A stretch of DNA of 64,000 bases from Octopus vulgaris (lineage: Eukaryota), in contig OX597814.1 in NCBI GenBank assembly GCA_951406725.2, forward strand, positions 186,992,001 to 187,056,000, given 5' to 3'. A program made the translations under genes and the position numbers. Under the pieces are notes generated by a model. It was not told the origin of the DNA. It was given only the letters and a program-made list of their open reading frames with translations, and did no database searches. How positions within the stretch are numbered: position 1 is the stretch's first letter; the number at the start of each line of letters is the position of its first letter. Shown piece by piece: positions 1-12,610 of this stretch.

Positions 1-156
1 CATAGAACTTGAAGTAGATCATGTATAACTCCTGTATTCATTAAATCATATTTATCTGTCACTGAACCGAGTGCTGTTTTTGCTGATCCTGTCAACAAGT
101 GACCAGTATATTATATGTGTGTGTGTATACATTTATATATATATAGATAGATAGAT

Positions 157-219
<63 letters not shown>

Positions 220-252
220 AAAGAATAATAAGCAACAAGAATGGATCGTTAG

Positions 253-337
253 TTTAGTACAATTGTTTCATACTATAACAATTTATTAAAGCTGCAAATA
301 TTACAGTAAATATAATGTTAAGTAATCTTCAGCTAAA
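253..337 (-). ncRNA. Minimal type-I hammerhead ribozyme motif, probably in a Penelope-like pLTR remnant
   Basis: Minus strand reads tttag-CTGAAGA-ttacttaaca...tgttatagtat-GAAAC-aatt-GTA-ctaaa. Stem I is tttag/ctaaa, stem II is long, loop III is the palindrome acaattgt, and the cleavage triplet is GUA. Confidence 0.75.
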
Positions 338-624
338 TTTCATATAGGTTTTCCAAACATCTTAGAGAGTGTAAATATACTTATAAAGTTATAGATGTGA
401 GCTCCAGGAACTTGAAGCAAGATTCCAAGTAGACCATATATATATATATATATACAAAACTCCGAAACTCAGAGTTATATCATGGCTACCGAATAAGTGT
501 CACATATTACATTTATAGATAAATTCCTCTATTTATATAATACCAAGGTCTCTTTCTTTCTTTTGTTGTCTTACCATTTCTATCAATACATGCATATATA
601 TGTTTATATTTATATACTTATTTA

Positions 625-1260
625 CTAAGCCGAAACTCAAAATTCAACCACACTAGCTTCCCACATCAATAAATTAAAAATGCACAATAAAGAATTCAGT
701 CTAGATTGGTGAATAATAATGGAAACCACACCAATTTATGCATCAAGGAGGCAATCCACACAATCCATGCCAACAAAAATAGCATGCTTAACAACATTAT
801 CTGATGTCATAATTACCTGTAGACATAAATATCTCTCAACTTTTAAATTCTTCCCCCAAAATAATTAGCCAATAAGATCCTAATCTAGCCAGACTTCATA
901 TTATGGAATCTTCTTAAAATACTGTTATATATAGCATCATATCGTACCTTAACCTGTAATTTTAATTTTAATTATATCATTTGTATGAAGAGTATGGTTC
1001 AACTAAACATATGTTTTTTAAAAATTCTCCAGCTTCTCATATCTCTTAAAATTTTAACAACTCTTTGAATCCCTTAACTCTGATGGGAGAAGTATAGAGT
1101 ATAGATAACTACTATGGTTGGAGTTAGCTTGCCCACATCAACCTATATCTTCTTGAAACAGCCGTAAAATTTTGTATTTATTCAGGATTCCTAATGAATC
1201 ATCTTATAGTAACTTTCTTATCTACCCTCCTCATTGATTATAATACGGACATTTGGACCT
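625..1260 (+). mobile_element. Penelope-like element 3' remnant (GIY-YIG endonuclease C-terminus plus pLTR)
   Basis: 632-846 translates, with a stop and frameshifts, as NSTTLASHINKLK..EFSLDW*II...NLCIKEAIH...MLN..SDVIITCRHKYL. This matches the conserved PLE C-terminal motifs and is followed by a hammerhead-like motif. Confidence 0.75.
1076..1172 (+). ncRNA. Degenerate minimal hammerhead motif in a PLE pLTR
   Basis: CTGATGG-gagaagtatag...ctatatcttctt-GAAAC-agcc-GTA. The core has an A9-to-G change and stem I is weak. Confidence 0.5.
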
Positions 1261-1774
1261 CGCAAGTACATATATGTATTTATATTTATGTATTTATATA
1301 TTTATAAATTTTTATGTTTTTAAATTTTTATATATTTATGAATTTTTATATATTTATAAATCTTCGTATGTTTATATGCATTTATTAATTCTTATAAATT
1401 TTTATCATGGCTCATATATGTGAACACATCTATGTATACTGTATATTGTGGAGAATTTTGATAATTTGAAATGGATTGAATGAACATAGATACACCGACC
1501 CCTGAAATTTGCTTCGCTCCTTAATTTTATATTCCTGAAGCTCCATTAGAGCGCTAATTGGATGTGCTGTATACAGTGGATAACTATACCATTTACTCTT
1601 TCATTATATATTCATATTTATATATATATATATATATATATTTATTTTTATGTATATATATAAATCAATAAATGGTGGGGTTGTGTTGACCGCACGTGAA
1701 GAAATGATAGGAGAGGAAAAATTTTATAAATTTTCCTCTCCTATATATATATATGTCTATCTATATATTTATAT

Positions 1775-1817
<43 letters not shown>

Positions 1818-1894
1818 GTGTGTATGTGTGTGTGTATATCTATCTATCTATTTCTCTCTTTCACTCTATATATATGTATGTATATGGAGATGTG

Positions 1895-3240
1895 TCGATG
1901 CATGCTGCAAACAAAGGGTAAGGTGGAGAGGAGCTTCAGCCTGGGTCCTCAAAAGCAAGGTACATAGGTATAAAATCTTCTGGGAAGATAACAGTGATGT
2001 AGCAAATAAATGAGTGGATAAGGTCATAGAGGTAGTCAGGGTGTGTGATAGAGTGCTTAAGCTCAGGCTAGTCTTGCAAAATAATATAGCTATGCATATC
2101 TCTGCTTATACCCCACAAGCGAGCCTACCAAATGATCAGAAGGACCACTTTTATGACGTCCTTCTACAAGCTATCTCTAAGACAAGTGACAATGATTCTC
2201 ATCTTTGTGGCTGGAGATTTTAATGGGCATGGTGTTCATGGGGGCCATGGAATTGGTTCCTAAAATGAAGAGGGAACTAGGCTATTGGAGTTCTGTGATA
2301 CAAGCAACCTATTAATCAGCATCACCAACTTCAGGAAGCCAGTCAATCACCTGATAACTTATCAATCAGGTGAGTCTGCTAGTCAGATTGATTTCAACGT
2401 CACCAGACAGTGGGATATATAGTTGCTCTTAAATACAAAGACCCACCCGGGTGAAGAATGTACCCCTAGCATAAACTAATCTTTAGTGACATTAGACTCG
2501 AGGCCAGAAGGATACGAAGAAGCAGACCAATCTAGAAAAGAAGGATTCAGAAGCTTAAGAACCCTTCACATGGTCAGAGATTTAGGGACATCCTCATTGA
2601 GAAATTTGATGAGAGGAAGGAAGAGCTACAGACTTGTGATATAGAGTATAACTGGAAATTCCTGCGTGACAGCTTACTGAGCACCACAGATAAAAGTATG
2701 TGGCTGCTGCAAAGTCCTGTCCAGACCTAGGGTAATGTGGTGGTGATACAATACCACAGACAAGGCCATTAGAGCAAAGAAACAGGCCTAGAAAACCTGG
2801 AAGTGTGGGGATAGCAGGGAACTGAAACAGATAGCCAGAAGGGTGGCAAGGAGAAAGGTATATATAGCCAAGTGAGAAGCAGAAAAGAAGTTTGCCAATG
2901 TTCACAATGTGAGGACTAAAGAACTGAAGTATTTCGGATTGCAAGATAGTGTGAGAGAAAATTGTGATGTCACAGGAGAGAAATGTATCCACATGGATGA
3001 TGGTGCCTTTGCATTTAATGATTCTGCAAAGAAAGAGGCTTGGAGAAGCCATTATGAAAGGTTGCTGAATGTGGAACATGAATGGGAGGAGGAGAGCCTG
3101 CCAAATGTTGATCCAGTTGAGGGACCAGCTACCCTAATCAACAGCACCCTGATAGATAAAGCAATTAAAGCTATGAAGTCAGTGAAAGCCCCCAGTCCAT
3201 CAGGAATCAGTGCTGAGATACTTAAAATATCTGGTGGTGT
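1895..3240 (+). mobile_element. RTE-clade LINE fragment (APE endonuclease plus linker), decayed
   Basis: Translations include VRWRGASA, VRVCDRVLKLRLVL..ISAYTPQ, GDFNGH, KKEAWRSHYERLLNVE and KAPSPSGISAEILK, with many stops and frameshifts. Confidence 0.85.
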
Positions 3241-3812
3241 TTTCCATGCTAGCATGGGTTGGATGGTTTGACTGAAAACTGGTATGCTGCACCAGGTTCC
3301 AGTCTGATTTGGCATGGTCTTTACAACTGGATACCCTTCCTATCAACAACCATTTTAAGAATGTAGTGGGTGCTTTTTACATGCCATCAGCATGGGTACC
3401 AGTTATGCAACCCCGGCACTGTATATCACCAAATGTCTTGGTCATTTGTCACTGCCTCTGTAAGGCTCAGTTTTCGAAGGGTGCTTTTTACATGCCACTG
3501 GCATGGGTGTCAATTATGTGACACTGGCATTGGCGATGACTATGATTTCACTTGGTTTGACAGGTCTTCTCAAGCACAGCATATTACTCAATGTTCAAAG
3601 AGTGCATTTTTATGCCAGTCACATGACACTGGCATCGGCCACAACTACATCACTTGGCTTGAGGGGTCTTCTCAAACATGGAATATCACCAAAAGTCTCA
3701 GTCATTTGTCATTACTTCCATGAGGCCCAACATTTGAATACCATGCTTTGCCCATGTCTTCCTGGATCTACCTTTTCCACAAGTTCCCTCTACCATTAGA
3801 GATCAGCACTTC
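3241..3812 (-). mobile_element. RTE LINE 3' end (ORF C-terminus plus 3'UTR)
   Basis: Has the hallmark tttccatgctagcatgggttgga end, repeated gtgctttttacatgcca units, and a GRPRKTW-like C-terminus on the minus strand. Confidence 0.75.
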
Positions 3813-4138
3813 TCAGGAAAAGAGATGTAAGGAAATGGGGTGATAAGTTCAGCTTACATTATCAACACCCTAGTAATTTAGTAATCACAGTAACTACCAT
3901 GAATGTGTTATAATATGCAAATTAGTCTTTCTGGTTAACTTTAGTAATAGTAGCTTTACAAGCTGTGTTTCAGTGTGCAATTACAAAGAGTACTCAGTTG
4001 GTGTTGAAATTCCAATTTAAGACTGAAATTCTTCTGACTGCTCCCACTCTTAGTATCCACGAAACAAGGTGGTTATTGACATCAAGTAAAGATTAAAATC
4101 TGTAGACACACTTTGTGGTACAAACCATATATCTATGA

Positions 4139-4193
<55 letters not shown>

Positions 4194-4518
4194 CATACAC
4201 ACACACACACACACTGTACCTTTTAGTACCTTTGCCCAAAAAGCACTACTGACCAATAAAGAAAACATTTTTATTCGAAAATACAGACCACAGTTAAACA
4301 TACTCTAATATCTTAAAAAATATACTTGGACTGTCGACTGGTGTTAGAACAACTAGGCAATACTCTAATTTCTACGCACACACATGGATAAAATGTGGAA
4401 AGCCAAAAAGCTGTGGTATTCATCTAGAGGAAGCATCTTGTATAGACATATAGTGCTAAAAAGCACAGAAGTTCAGCCAACAGCAGTGGATGGAGAACAT
4501 CCAGCAGTGCAGGTGGAG

Positions 4519-4563
4519 CTGCAAAATCTATATTTCTGTTTGTGTGAACATCATCAGTAACAA
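4519..4563 (-). ncRNA. Candidate minimal hammerhead (repeat copy 1)
   Basis: ttgtta-CTGATGA-tgtt-cacaca-aaca-GAAA-tataga-TT-ttgcag. Confidence 0.5.
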
Positions 4564-4839
4564 GTCTGCAACCACATACTTAGACCAATTGCTTAGACCA
4601 CATGCTTAGACCAATTTTTCCTCTACTGATATAGATTAACAAATCACTGGTGTCACAAATAGCTGGCAGACTGGAAAAAAAATTGTTACTAGCAGTGGAA
4701 GCAGTATTAGTTCAAAGTAGAAATCTGTATATCTTACTTACATGGATATCATGTAGAAAGCCAGAAACTGCAATATTTGTCTTGAGAAAGCATTTCATAT
4801 GGATATATAGTGCTAAAAAGCATAAACATGGAAGTTGAA

Positions 4840-4884
4840 TTGCTAAATTTAGATTTTTGTTTCTTTGAGCATCATCAGTAGCAA
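4840..4884 (-). ncRNA. Candidate minimal hammerhead (repeat copy 2, GAAA mutated)
   Basis: ttgcta-CTGATGA-tgct-caaaga-aaca-aAAA-tctaaa-TT-tagcaa, with a perfect 6-bp stem I. Confidence 0.45.
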
Positions 4885-5589
4885 GTATCAACTAGTAACC
4901 ACAGGCTAAGACAAATTTAGCCTCTCCTTATATCTAGAAAAACAGTGATTAACAAATCATTGTTGTCACGAATTTAAACTGAATGAATTAGTTGAGTGCT
5001 GCACCAAATACTTTATAACAGTTGTTATTCTTTAAAAAATCTTGACTTTAAATTGTTCCTTGCTTGATTTTGCTTTTATCCTTCCAAGGTCAAAGAAAGA
5101 CCTTGTGTCAATATATATTTATCAATATTAATCATCTGGTAACCCGCATCTTCAGTCAATATTTAACTTTGATTTCTCATCAGATTCAGTAATTTTAGAG
5201 TTTTATATAGTTCAGTTTGGGCGCATTTTATGTAGAGCTACCAGAACACATACTTCTACAACAGTTCTATAGATTTAACATTTTATGTAAAACATTTTAT
5301 ATGTAAATGATTCACTTGAAACATCAACCAAGAAACATAGCATTTGTGTATGTGAAGGAAAACAAAATATATTGGTTCTTTGAAATATGTTAGAATTATC
5401 ATTTCAGGTTTATGAATAAAGATTGATAAGTGGGGAAAATAAATCTTAAATTATTGTTGACATCAAAAGAGATTATCGTTCTCACTTCCATCTAGTGGAA
5501 AAGTGAGCAATAATTTCAACTTCAAGAAGTTTTCTTGTAGAAAAAAAAGAGCAATAAGATAGATTCTATTCATCTTTTTAATGGTTTAG

Positions 5590-7290
5590 TCAGGAAGGAG
5601 AGGTTGTGCCTATGACATAATAGAATTAATGGAGATGTTCAGTTTGAACATTTATAAGATAATGTCTGCAGGAAAAACATAGGTAGGAACAGATTTCAGC
5701 AGGTTGATTGAGCATAGTAGTTATTGTGAGACCTAAGCAAGAGGAAGATACAATATGGGTGATGAGAAGATAATCAGGTATATCAAATGGGCTTGAGTGG
5801 AGGTGCTATGCAGCTAGCTAGATCTGTGGAGCTGAGCAATTATAGCTGTATTAGAAAAGATAGTTGTATGAAGTTGAATGAAGTTGAATGATAGTTGAGT
5901 TTGGAGTGTGTGGATGAATTCCTATCAAATGATGTGACTGCTTTCTTTTGGATGCAGTCTAGGTTGTTTGGGTGTGTAACAGCAACACTGACCCAGATGT
6001 GGGATCAATATGCCACTGTCCGTCTCACTTGTGATTTGTAGAGAGTTGGTAACTGTTTGAAGCTGATGTATTTTCTAGTCTTGTAGAGAAAATCTAGTTT
6101 TTGGTACACAATTTTAGCTATGATAAGAATATAAGATTGATAGGAGAAATCATCAATGATTACAGGATCCAGCACTTATAGTGATTTTGGGGGTTTTAAT
6201 TGAGTGGTGTTCAAGACTAAAGTGAGATTGTTTCCTTGATATGGTTTTTTTTTTTTGTGGTGTAACAGAAGGAAAGATTGTCATTATTGGAGAATGTTTT
6301 TGATGTCTCTCTTGGTGGAGGCAGTGCAGGTTTTATGTGAGGTGTCTTGGTAGAATATGGATTGATACCTGTTTGGGAAGAATGAAGAGTATTATCATTT
6401 ACATTGCTGCATTGGAAGTGTATTGTTTAGAAGTGGATAGTATGTTGAAAATTATGGATGACATAACAGAGTTAACAGAGTGTGGGTCAGAAAGAATGTC
6501 ATCCGTGCAAGCTGCAATGATATGGTCTAACTGAAAACCTCCACTCCAAGAGATGAGAGATGATTGAAGTTTGACTGCAGTCTATTTTGATAAGTGATTC
6601 TTTTGCCAAACTTGATTGAATATCTTGCTGATGTTAAGTGTGATAACTTCATTTTTCCTGAATTTTTCATAGCTGAGTGGCTATAAGTAAGTAGAGTTGG
6701 TGAGCATATTCTCAGTAGATCTGGCTCTGTGGGAGCCATATTGATGATCACTAAGGAGGTAGAAGGGAGTCATGGTTTAAAAAAAGATGATAGTTCATGA
6801 CCGTTTCCATCACATTTAAGATTAATAGGCTTTTAGTTGGCAGGGTCATACACGTTGCCCTTGTTGGGATTAGGACACACTGTAGCATGTTTCCAAAGAT
6901 CAGGGTAGGTCCCTGTTAAGAGGGAGAGAGAAAGAGAAAGTATAGAGATTATTTGTGGGCTGCACTGTTTCAGGGTAATAGAAAAGAGATTGTTAAGGCA
7001 AATGGACTTGGTTTGAAGTGATGTCAGATGTTTTGGCCCTTTGTATATGTATGTGATGTTAAGATTGGTGAAGTTTTGCCAGGTGTGTGCAATGTCAAGT
7101 TGCATGCAAGGCAGGTAGTAAATGTGGAAACTTTCTCTATGGAAGTTCTGTTTAAAAAGCCATCATGGTAGTAGATTTCTTCAAAGTAGATAGAGATCCT
7201 TTGATTAAGTGTCACAAGGATCAGCTGCAATTTGGAATGTGTGGGAGCTTGCAGATTGAGCAGAGCATATAGTTAACTTTTGCTTGCAGA
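5590..7290 (-). mobile_element. Old LINE (CR1/Jockey-like) RT and C-terminal remnant
   Basis: Minus-strand pieces include YPDLWKHATVCPNPNKGNVYDPAN and LDISK-like and CTDD-like RT motifs, all heavily decayed. Confidence 0.65.
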
Positions 7291-9152
7291 AGTTGTAGAT
7301 AAAAATAATCATTTGATGATATTTGAACAATTACATAATCTATTAATAAATTGTTAGTTTATTGATAGATTAATTGTAAGTAGTGTTCCAAGCACTTAAA
7401 AAATGGTTTAATCCATTCATGTAAATATTAATATATTCGTAGTTAACTTTTTAAATCTTCAAGAGGAGGCCTGTGTTAAAATCTTGCTTTGTGAAGGAGT
7501 GAAACTTCTGGAAATATAAGCACAGTAAAAAATAAAGGAGATATGCTAATCATTTTATATTTAATATAATATTTCTCACTCAAATATAGTCAGTTTATAG
7601 ATCTACAAGAGTTAGATATATTGGATTACATATTATAGTTTATGAATTAGGTTAAATCTTGTATTAAAATATCTGCATAATATGAGAGAAGCCTTTAAAA
7701 TTTCACTTTTCTTTTTTTTCCTTTCAACATCTATCTTTGTTTATCTGCAGAAAGACTGGGTTTTCAAATGTAAACATATCATTACTATTTAAACTCTAAT
7801 TTAATAATCACTGAAGAGAAATCAAATTTATATTCAATTACTTATCTATTTGATATTGCTCTTAAAATAATTTTTGTGAAATAATTATTTGAGAAAATAT
7901 GTAGGTTTGACAATCATAATAATTCTAATCTCAACATGCTTATTATGGTAATACTATTTTTCAAAATTCAGATGAAGTTTATCAGGAACTATATCATTCA
8001 ATGTAGACTTATGTTTTAAGATAGTAGGGTGTAACGTGAAGGATATTTTGTTACTATTTCTAGGAGGTTGAGGTGGCTCTCTCGTTGGCTGATATTGTTA
8101 TTTAACCTAAGTACATTCCTGACTGGGCAGATATAACTACAATCAAAAGTACTCCTGCCATGGACATTCAGTCTTACTTGGCTCCACAAAGATTTAATCC
8201 AAGTTATGTCATTTCAACACTTTGAAAATATGTTAATTTTACCATGGTTATAGAAAAACAAAACAAATTTACTTCATGTCTTGTATAGATTGTGTTTGAG
8301 AACATTTTTTTATTTACCTATTTTATCGTTTTTGTTGTTTTCATGCATTTAAATCATGAACTTTTAAATTAAGCTTTTAAATTATGAAAGCTTTAGAGTG
8401 TTTAGAAGTAAGTTAAATAATGAAGGCTACATATACATAGTCTGTGAAAAATAAGCATTTAAAAGTATTGAGAGGAAGACTTCAGAATATTAACATTCAT
8501 ACAAAATACATAAAAACAAGACTAAAGAAAACAACTCAACAAAAAAGATTGTTTTGTTTATAAAGTAGCTGTGTGAAAACCAATGTCATCACACAGTATT
8601 AAATATTAAATAAATTGTCTGCAAATACAAATGTTGCTTGAAGAACAATAAGATGAAGACACTTGGATGATTTCATATTATTCTTATAAAATCGATGTAT
8701 CTTCAAAGAACACTGGAGATCAAATCACTTTCTTTAAAATGTTTTGCAACTTTACAGTTTGTGGATTAAAGTGACATCTTATTTTTGGATGAAAAATTAA
8801 TAAATGAGCTTGATACAAAGTTTTAATTCATTGCTGTTCTACCAAGATTTAATTGAAAGTATGTTAGTCCAACAATGGAGAGGTAATCCATTTTTTATAA
8901 TGTAGAAGTCAGAATTCTTTTCAGTGGATTGCATGTCATTTATTACTGATGATAAAAACTTCTATACCTATTACTTTTGTGGAAAAAACCCCCACCATAT
9001 TTAAAATTGCATTCTATATATTTAACTTAATATGGAAAGCCACAAAACTGCAGAATACATCTTGAGAAAGCTTTTCATATATATCTATAGTGTTAAAATG
9101 TGCAGAAGTGTATTAGTTGTAGACAAAAAGCATCTTGCAGCAGTGGTGGAAT

Positions 9153-9379
9153 TACTCTTTTACTCTCTTACTTGTTTCAGTCATTTGACTGTGGACATGC
9201 TGGAGCATCGCCTTTAGTCAAGGAAATCGATCCCAGGACTTATTCTTTGTAAGCCTAGTACTTATTCTATCGGTCTCTTTTGCCAAACCGCTAAGTTACG
9301 GGGATGTAAACACACCAGCATCGGCTGTCAAGCGATGTTTGGCGGGGAGGGACAAACACAGACTCACAAACATATACAC

Positions 9380-9428
<49 letters not shown>

Positions 9429-9591
9429 TGCAACAGGCTTCTTTCAGTTTCCATCTACCAAATCCAGTCAAGGCTTTGGTCGGCCCGGGGCTATAGTAGG
9501 AAACACTTGCCCAAGGTGCCACGCAGTGGGACTGAACCTGGAACCATGTGGTTCGTAGGCAAGCTACATACCACACAGCCACTCCTACGCC
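9153..9591 (-). mobile_element. tRNA-derived SINE family A
   Basis: Head ggcgtaggagtggctgtgtgg (A box) and ggttcagtccc (B box), a ccttgggcaag block, an internal (TA/TG)n tract, and a tgactgaaacaagtaa tail. Confidence 0.9.
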
Positions 9592-9693
9592 TGCTAAATT
9601 ATGATTTCTGTATCTTTGCATAATTTGTTAGTCACTGTTTTTCTGTAATAGTGAAAGTGAAATGTGTCTAAGCAAACAGTTGAGAGTGGAAAC

Positions 9694-9738
9694 TTGCTAC
9701 TGATGATGTGCAAAGACAGAGAAATCATGATTTAGCAA
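9694..9738 (+). ncRNA. Candidate minimal hammerhead (repeat copy 3, best preserved)
   Basis: ttgcta-CTGATGA-tgtg-caaaga-caga-GAAA-tcatga-TT-tagcaa. The core is intact, stem I is 6 bp, and aaatcatgattt is a palindrome. Confidence 0.6.
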
Positions 9739-9805
9739 TTCCACCACCACTAATGGATGTTTTCATCTGCTACTGAAGCACTTCTGTACTTTTTAGTATT
9801 ACACA

Positions 9806-10219
9806 GGCGCAGGTGTGGCTGTGTAGTAAGTAGCTTGCTTACGAACCACATGGTTCCAGGTTCAGTCCCACTGCATGGCACCTTGGGCAAGTGTCTTCTA
9901 CTATAGCCTCGGGCTGACCAAAGCCTTGTGAGTGGATCTGGTAGACGGAAACTGAAAGAAGCCCGTTGTATATATCTATCTATATATATATATATATGTA
10001 TGTGTGTGTATATGTTTGTGTGTCTGTGTTTGTCCCCCCAACATCGCTTGACAACTGATGCTGGTATGTTTACGTCCCTGTAACTAAGCAGTTCGGCAAA
10101 AGAGACCCATAAAATAAGTACTAAGCTTCCAAAGAATAAGTCCTGGGGTTAATTTGCTCGACTAAAATGCGGTGCTCCAGCATGGTCACAGTCAAATGAC
10201 TGAAACAAGTAAAAGAGTA
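9806..10219 (+). mobile_element. tRNA-derived SINE family A
   Basis: Full-length copy, inverted relative to 9153-9591. Confidence 0.9.
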
Positions 10220-10941
10220 TATGTCTATACAAGAAGCTTTATCAAGACAAATACTGCAATTTTGTGGCTTTTGATAATATATCCATGTTAATTAAGATAT
10301 ATAGGATGCTATTCTAAACCAAAACTACTTCCATTGCTAATAACAAAATTTTACCCTCAATCTTTAATTTTTTTATTACAATGCAGCTCCATGTCATCAT
10401 TGCCTAACCTAAACTCTATTGACTGTTGCAAGGTTTATGCTACGAAAAAAAAAAATTACAGAACAATATCATGTCAATTCAAGAGACAAATTATAATAAA
10501 TTTGATTTCAATAATTTACCACGTATGCTATTTAATATACCCTTATTCATCTTTGTCGTTCAAATAAATCTGCCACTGGCCACTCTGAGTTATTTCTCAT
10601 AGCTCATTTTCATTTCAATTATGGAAATTACAGAGACCATAAATATGTTCTACTCTCTCTCACTCTTAAGTGTTTTTGTGTCTCATTTGCTGAAGATAGG
10701 ATAATTACTGTGCTAATTTATTTTATTTATGCAAATTACCTAGGCCAGTCCTTCTCAGTTTTTTAAAACTATTGCTATTTTCTTTCACTAACACTTTTTC
10801 AACACCCACATGCTATGATTCAATATCCCTCCACCTCATTTAAAAAATTGTAATGGACATACATGTAGCATCAGTCAGGCCAGAGTAATTTGGTTCTTGG
10901 TGCTAATTTGACATACATACACACACACACAAACATGTATG

Positions 10942-10982
<41 letters not shown>

Positions 10983-12506
10983 CACTGATATTTTATCCTG
11001 ACCTTTGCCATCAGCCATCTCATTGGATGCCAACCCTAGGCCAATTTACAGCTTGGATACTGTGCCATCTCTTAGTGAATTGTTTTGACTGTTGTACTCA
11101 ATCTCACCACCTCAATTTCACTTGACCTGAACTCTCCATGCTTCATCAACTCTGTCACCTATATGATACTATGGTCAAACTCACAAAATATGATACAGTA
11201 GCTGTATGATGGATGAACCTCAACAAAGATTGAGGATTATATTAATTGAATAACCCTCTTTTTTACCAACCTCTGCCATCTGACTTCACCCTTACCTTCT
11301 GGTGTCCATTACAGTCAAAGATCTTATTCCATTATTCTCCCTCCATTCCACTACTATTAACCTTAATGTCCGCACCCCATCATCTATTTCTTTCTTAACC
11401 CTAACCCTAACCCAAATAACCTTTTCTACCCCATCATTTCATCTGCTCTTCCTCAATCATTTCTAAATACCTTTATAGGATTCTCATACCTTCTGTTACT
11501 GTATTTCTCTCCCATATTCATGATCCTAATCACACACTTAACTTCTTTCTTCTCCCCTCAGTTTTCCAACTCTCCTTTTCATTTTGGTTATGAAATGTCA
11601 ATGCACTGTCATCTCACATGATGTTCTTGTTAGACCATTGCACTGGCCTTGAGCTTGTTTTCTTCGGTGCATGTGTATATAGATGCATTAATGCACACAT
11701 CATCTCACCTTACACCAACACGCACACCTGAAGCCAACTACCCTTAAATATATTTCTCTTCATTGTAACACAACCACATGCTCACATCACACATAGACAG
11801 CCCTTATCTATCACACATTAATTTTATATACATCCATACTACTGCATAAACTTATTGTATTACATATATGCATAAGTATAACCATGTGAGTCTATATATG
11901 TATATATGTTTTCATTCTTAACTCAATGCATTATATAACAAGAATGACTATTGCATACATGGACACATGAACTTTATATTCATTTTTCAATACATATTAG
12001 AAGCTATTTAGCATCTATATAAATGACAGCATTGCACATTTAATAACTCTACACAAACAATGATATTTTGAGCTTCTTTGCTGTTTTCCAAAACCATCTC
12101 CCTCTTATTCTCTCTCTCTCCACCATTCTTTCCCTCTTTGCATCATCTTTCTTTCCTTTTCCCTCTCTTTTTGCTTTTTTCTCCCTCTTTTTCCCACTTG
12201 TTCTTTTTCTCTCTTTCATTCTTCTTTCTACTAAACTTACTCTCACTATGGTCCAAATTGTTGCTTCCACATCCTAGTATCCCATCCACAACTTACTTTC
12301 ATACACAAAATCTGCGATGTAAACATTGTAAATTCGGTGTTATTTTTGTTTCTCTTTCTCTTACTTCTCATACTTTTCCCTTCTTTTATCAACAGTATAA
12401 ATTGAAACATTAAATCCACTTTTATTCCTTTCATTGCCATATGTACACACACATGTATGTCTATATTGATACACATACACACACATATATGAAAATGATG
12501 ATGAAA

Positions 12507-12559
<53 letters not shown>

Positions 12560-12610
12560 TGTGTGTGTATGTACATTTATCTCTGTTTCTAGCTATACTA
12601 TACATATGTA

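Larger units (their letters stand above)
4398..4970 (-). repeat. Tandem dimer of an unnamed ~320-365 nt repeat, one hammerhead-like motif per unit
   Basis: Two homologous units start near 4400 and 4757. Hammerhead-like motifs lie at 4519-4563 and 4840-4884, 321 nt apart. Homologous sequence is at 9035-10345. Confidence 0.7.
9035..10345. repeat. Inverted pair of the hammerhead-bearing repeat, each arm interrupted by a SINE
   Basis: With the SINEs removed, 9035-9152 plus 9592-9621 is the reverse complement of 9707-9805 plus 10220-10272. Both arms are homologous to 4400-4970. Confidence 0.7.

Noticed and set aside
1895-3812. Twin-primed RTE insertion
   Set aside because: The 3' tail lies at the internal junction rather than the outer end, which does not fit twin priming. 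Separate insertions or a rearrangement are more likely.
7705-7775. Strong plus-strand acceptor ...ttatctgcag| with a possible 19-nt exon
   Set aside because: The donor is weak, the length is not a multiple of 3, and there is no other support.
11396-11413. (TAACCC)3 telomere-like motif
   Set aside because: Only three units, too short to call an interstitial telomere.
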